Assembly: GCA_000004985.1 (NCBI GenBank)
Contig: GG739572.1
Length of the DNA: 1,084 nt
Source: Naegleria gruberi
Lineage: Eukaryota
Strand: one strand, 5' to 3'
The translations under genes were made by a program, and so were the position numbers. Below are positions 1-1,084 of this stretch, in pieces. Each line of letters opens with the position of its first letter. The stretch's first letter is position 1. The notes below the pieces were generated by a model. It saw nothing but the letters and a program-made list of their open reading frames with translations, searched no databases and was not told the origin of the DNA.

Positions 1-1
1 A

Positions 2-118
2 AATTTAATTGGAAGTAGTGATAGTAGTAGTGGTAGTCCATCCACAACAAGAGAAGTAACACAAGATAATGGCAATAATGTAATAATTGCCTATCAATCA
101 TTTGTATTTAGATCTTAA
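2..118 (+). CDS. Possible 3'-terminal fragment (C-terminus) of an adjacent convergent gene. The open frame encodes NLIGSSDSSSGSPSTTREVTQDNGNNVIIAYQSFVFRS* with a TAA stop at 116..118.
   Basis: This is the only forward frame open across 2..115; the other two frames hit stops at 6..8 and 16..18. GC content is higher than in the flanking spacer. The Ser/Thr/Asn-rich low-complexity sequence and the codon choice (AGT, CCA, AGA, CAA, GGT) are typical of Dictyostelium coding DNA. It falls below the ORF-track length cutoff because it is truncated by the window edge. Confidence 0.4.
   Translation, partial: NLIGSSDSSSGSPSTTREVTQDNGNNVIIAYQSFVFRS
14..37 (+). repeat. Imperfect (AGT)n trinucleotide microsatellite (agtagtGATagtagtagtGGTagt) encoding a Ser-rich tract
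   Basis: The repeat is directly visible as six AGT units among eight triplets, interrupted by GAT and GGT. Confidence 0.6.
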
Positions 119-162
119 TAAAATTTATTGTGTGATTTGATTATTATATTTTATTCATCTTT
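117..162. terminator. AT-rich 3' spacer (119..162) shared between convergent genes, carrying candidate polyadenylation signals. AATAAA lies on the + strand at 117..122, partly overlapping the TAA stop. AATAAA lies on the - strand as tttatt at 150..155 and 124..129.
   Basis: The 44-bp spacer between the two stop codons (TAA at 116..118 and TAA at 163..165 on the reverse strand) is roughly 16% GC. Canonical AATAAA hexamers lie 8-40 nt downstream of each stop on the relevant strand. Confidence 0.45.
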
Positions 163-1084
163 TTATGCATTTATAAATTCAAAGGTACAATCTACATTGG
201 CCAAATTAAAAGCAGGATATAATTCATTTTCATTTGTAATTTCAGAAAACGCAACTCCATAATCTTTATCATTAACTTTGAATGAAATATTTCCATTTCT
301 TAATTCACATTCAATAATTGAACCATCAACTATGCGACTATTAATATAGGATTTGCATGAATCACCTCTTTCTGAAAACAAGTAACCATTACCAGCACAA
401 TATAAATAATAACCACATGAATTGTAATTTGAACCATTAATATTAATAGTTTTAGGTGCAAAACCAATCATTAAATTGGCACAATTTGAAATTAATTTAA
501 TTTTAAATACGTTTGTTTTTGTTCCTAATATGGCTGCATCCCAGCCGTTAGCTATTGTTTTTCTTGCTCTTGTTGGTGTTTCTAATTGAATATTTGATGA
601 ACAATAATTTGAATCAAATTCCACTTTAGCTGTTACGTTATTAGTACTTGTAGTAGAAATTGAATATTTTGGTTTTAATATTTTCTTTCCATTTATAGGT
701 AATAATTCATAAATAGATGTTAATTGATAATAAACAATTTCTTCAATGAAATCATTCAAATCATGTTCATTTAAACTTGATAATTTAGATGAAATATCAA
801 TTCCTCTTAAATAATTTAAAATTAAATGAAATTGTTCATTGGGTCTATCAATAAAGAATGAATTATCATCTTCCTCTGCTGTTGGATTAAACAAGTCATT
901 AAAATATCCTGTAAAGAATGTATCTTTAACACTTGTAATAGTAGCCAAATTAGTAGCAAATATTTTACCACCAACATTAAGTTTTACAACTTGATTCTTT
1001 CCTAATTTAGTTTCAATAGTTGTGCTGGTAGATAATTTTGTTTCCAAATTAAATAATCTTTCTTCACGTTCTTTCAAATCATTT
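163..1084 (-). CDS. BTB/POZ (KCTD/K+-channel-tetramerisation type) + SPRY domain protein. It is 5'-partial because the N-terminus lies beyond the right edge of the window. The stop codon TAA is at 163..165 (reverse complement of tta).
   Basis: A 304-codon ORF with no in-frame stops, in an AT-rich sequence where stop codons are otherwise frequent. Residues ~30-123 (VVKLNVGGKIFATNLATI...FFIDRPNEQFHLILNYLRG...EIVYYQL) match the BTB_2/K_tetra consensus (LNVGG...FT...TL.......DE.G.YFIDRD...F..ILNYLR.G.L). Residues ~150-301 match the SPRY consensus: FKIKL...LMIGFA resembles yWEVe...vGva, DGSIIECELRNGNISFKVNDKDYGVAF resembles gDviGvllDl.nGtlsFykNGk.lGvAF, and LYPAFNL resembles lyPvvsl. The reading frame stays open through 1078..1083 (D, N) to the window edge. 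The codon the ORF track calls 'M' at 1075..1077 is TTG (Leu). Confidence 0.85.
   Translation of the reverse strand, partial: NDLKEREERLFNLETKLSTSTTIETKLGKNQVVKLNVGGKIFATNLATITSVKDTFFTGYFNDLFNPTAEEDDNSFFIDRPNEQFHLILNYLRGIDISSKLSSLNEHDLNDFIEEIVYYQLTSIYELLPINGKKILKPKYSISTTSTNNVTAKVEFDSNYCSSNIQLETPTRARKTIANGWDAAILGTKTNVFKIKLISNCANLMIGFAPKTININGSNYNSCGYYLYCAGNGYLFSERGDSCKSYINSRIVDGSIIECELRNGNISFKVNDKDYGVAFSEITNENELYPAFNLANVDCTFEFINA
175..630 (-). other. SPRY / B30.2-like beta-sandwich domain, within the CDS above
   Basis: Protein residues ~150-301. A PRY-like lead-in (KVEFDSNYCSSNIQLE...GWDAA) is followed by the core SPRY motifs IGFA, GYYLY.AGNGYLF, DGSIIECELRNGNISFKVNDKDYGVAF and LYPAFNL. Confidence 0.7.
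709..990 (-). other. BTB/POZ domain of the KCTD / T1 tetramerisation type, within the CDS above
   Basis: Protein residues ~30-123. The hallmark motifs VKLNVGG, FFIDRP(N)..F..ILNYLR and a C-terminal hydrophobic helix (DFIEEIVYYQL) are all present. Confidence 0.8.

Noticed and set aside
119-162. Bacterial-style features such as a rho-independent terminator hairpin, -10/-35 boxes or a Shine-Dalgarno site
   Set aside because: The composition, codon usage and low-complexity coding are eukaryotic. The spacer has no GC-rich stem-loop, and the AATAAA hexamers are better read as polyadenylation signals.
421-520. Short repeated words inside the CDS (attaat/ttaatt/aattta), which could suggest tandem repeats or a transposon terminus
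   Set aside because: These are ordinary recurrences of Asn/Ile/Leu/Lys codons in AT-rich coding DNA. They have no consistent period and no inverted-repeat partner.
163-1077. Possible introns interrupting the long reverse-strand ORF
   Set aside because: The 304-codon frame is continuous through both recognisable domains and the linker between them. No reverse-strand GTAAGT donor (acttac on the + strand) is present, and the domain motifs are all contiguous.
1080-1082. An ATG on the reverse strand (cat on the + strand) near the window edge, which could be taken as the start codon of the big ORF
   Set aside because: It is out of frame with the BTB-SPRY ORF and is immediately followed by an in-frame TGA (ATG ATT TGA). 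The main ORF's frame stays open to the window edge instead.
1-1084. CRISPR arrays, tRNA or rRNA genes, and defence-system-like operon structure
   Set aside because: There are no direct repeats with spacers and no cloverleaf-capable GC-rich segments. The window is filled by one eukaryotic-type protein-coding gene plus a neighbouring gene tail.

Overview
This is a very AT-rich window with a clear contrast between coding and intergenic composition. The sequence looks like a Dictyostelium-type social amoeba genome: it uses AAT/TTA/CAA/GGT/CCA/AGA codons, has (AGT)n serine runs, and has intergenic stretches below 20% GC. Most of the window (163..1084) is a single uninterrupted reverse-strand ORF. 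Its N-terminal part is a KCTD/K-tetramerisation-type BTB/POZ domain and its C-terminal half is a SPRY (B30.2-like) beta-sandwich domain. The gene runs off the right edge of the window, so it is 5'-partial. The 'M' that begins the ORF-track protein is a TTG (Leu) codon, not a real start. Bases 2..118 on the forward strand hold what looks like the 3' end of a second, convergently oriented, serine-rich gene, but this is tentative. Bases 119..162 form a 44-bp AT-rich spacer with AATAAA motifs on both strands. No prokaryotic signals, RNA genes, CRISPR arrays or mobile elements are visible. The most interesting item is the BTB(KCTD-type)+SPRY domain combination, which suggests a putative Cullin-3 substrate adaptor.
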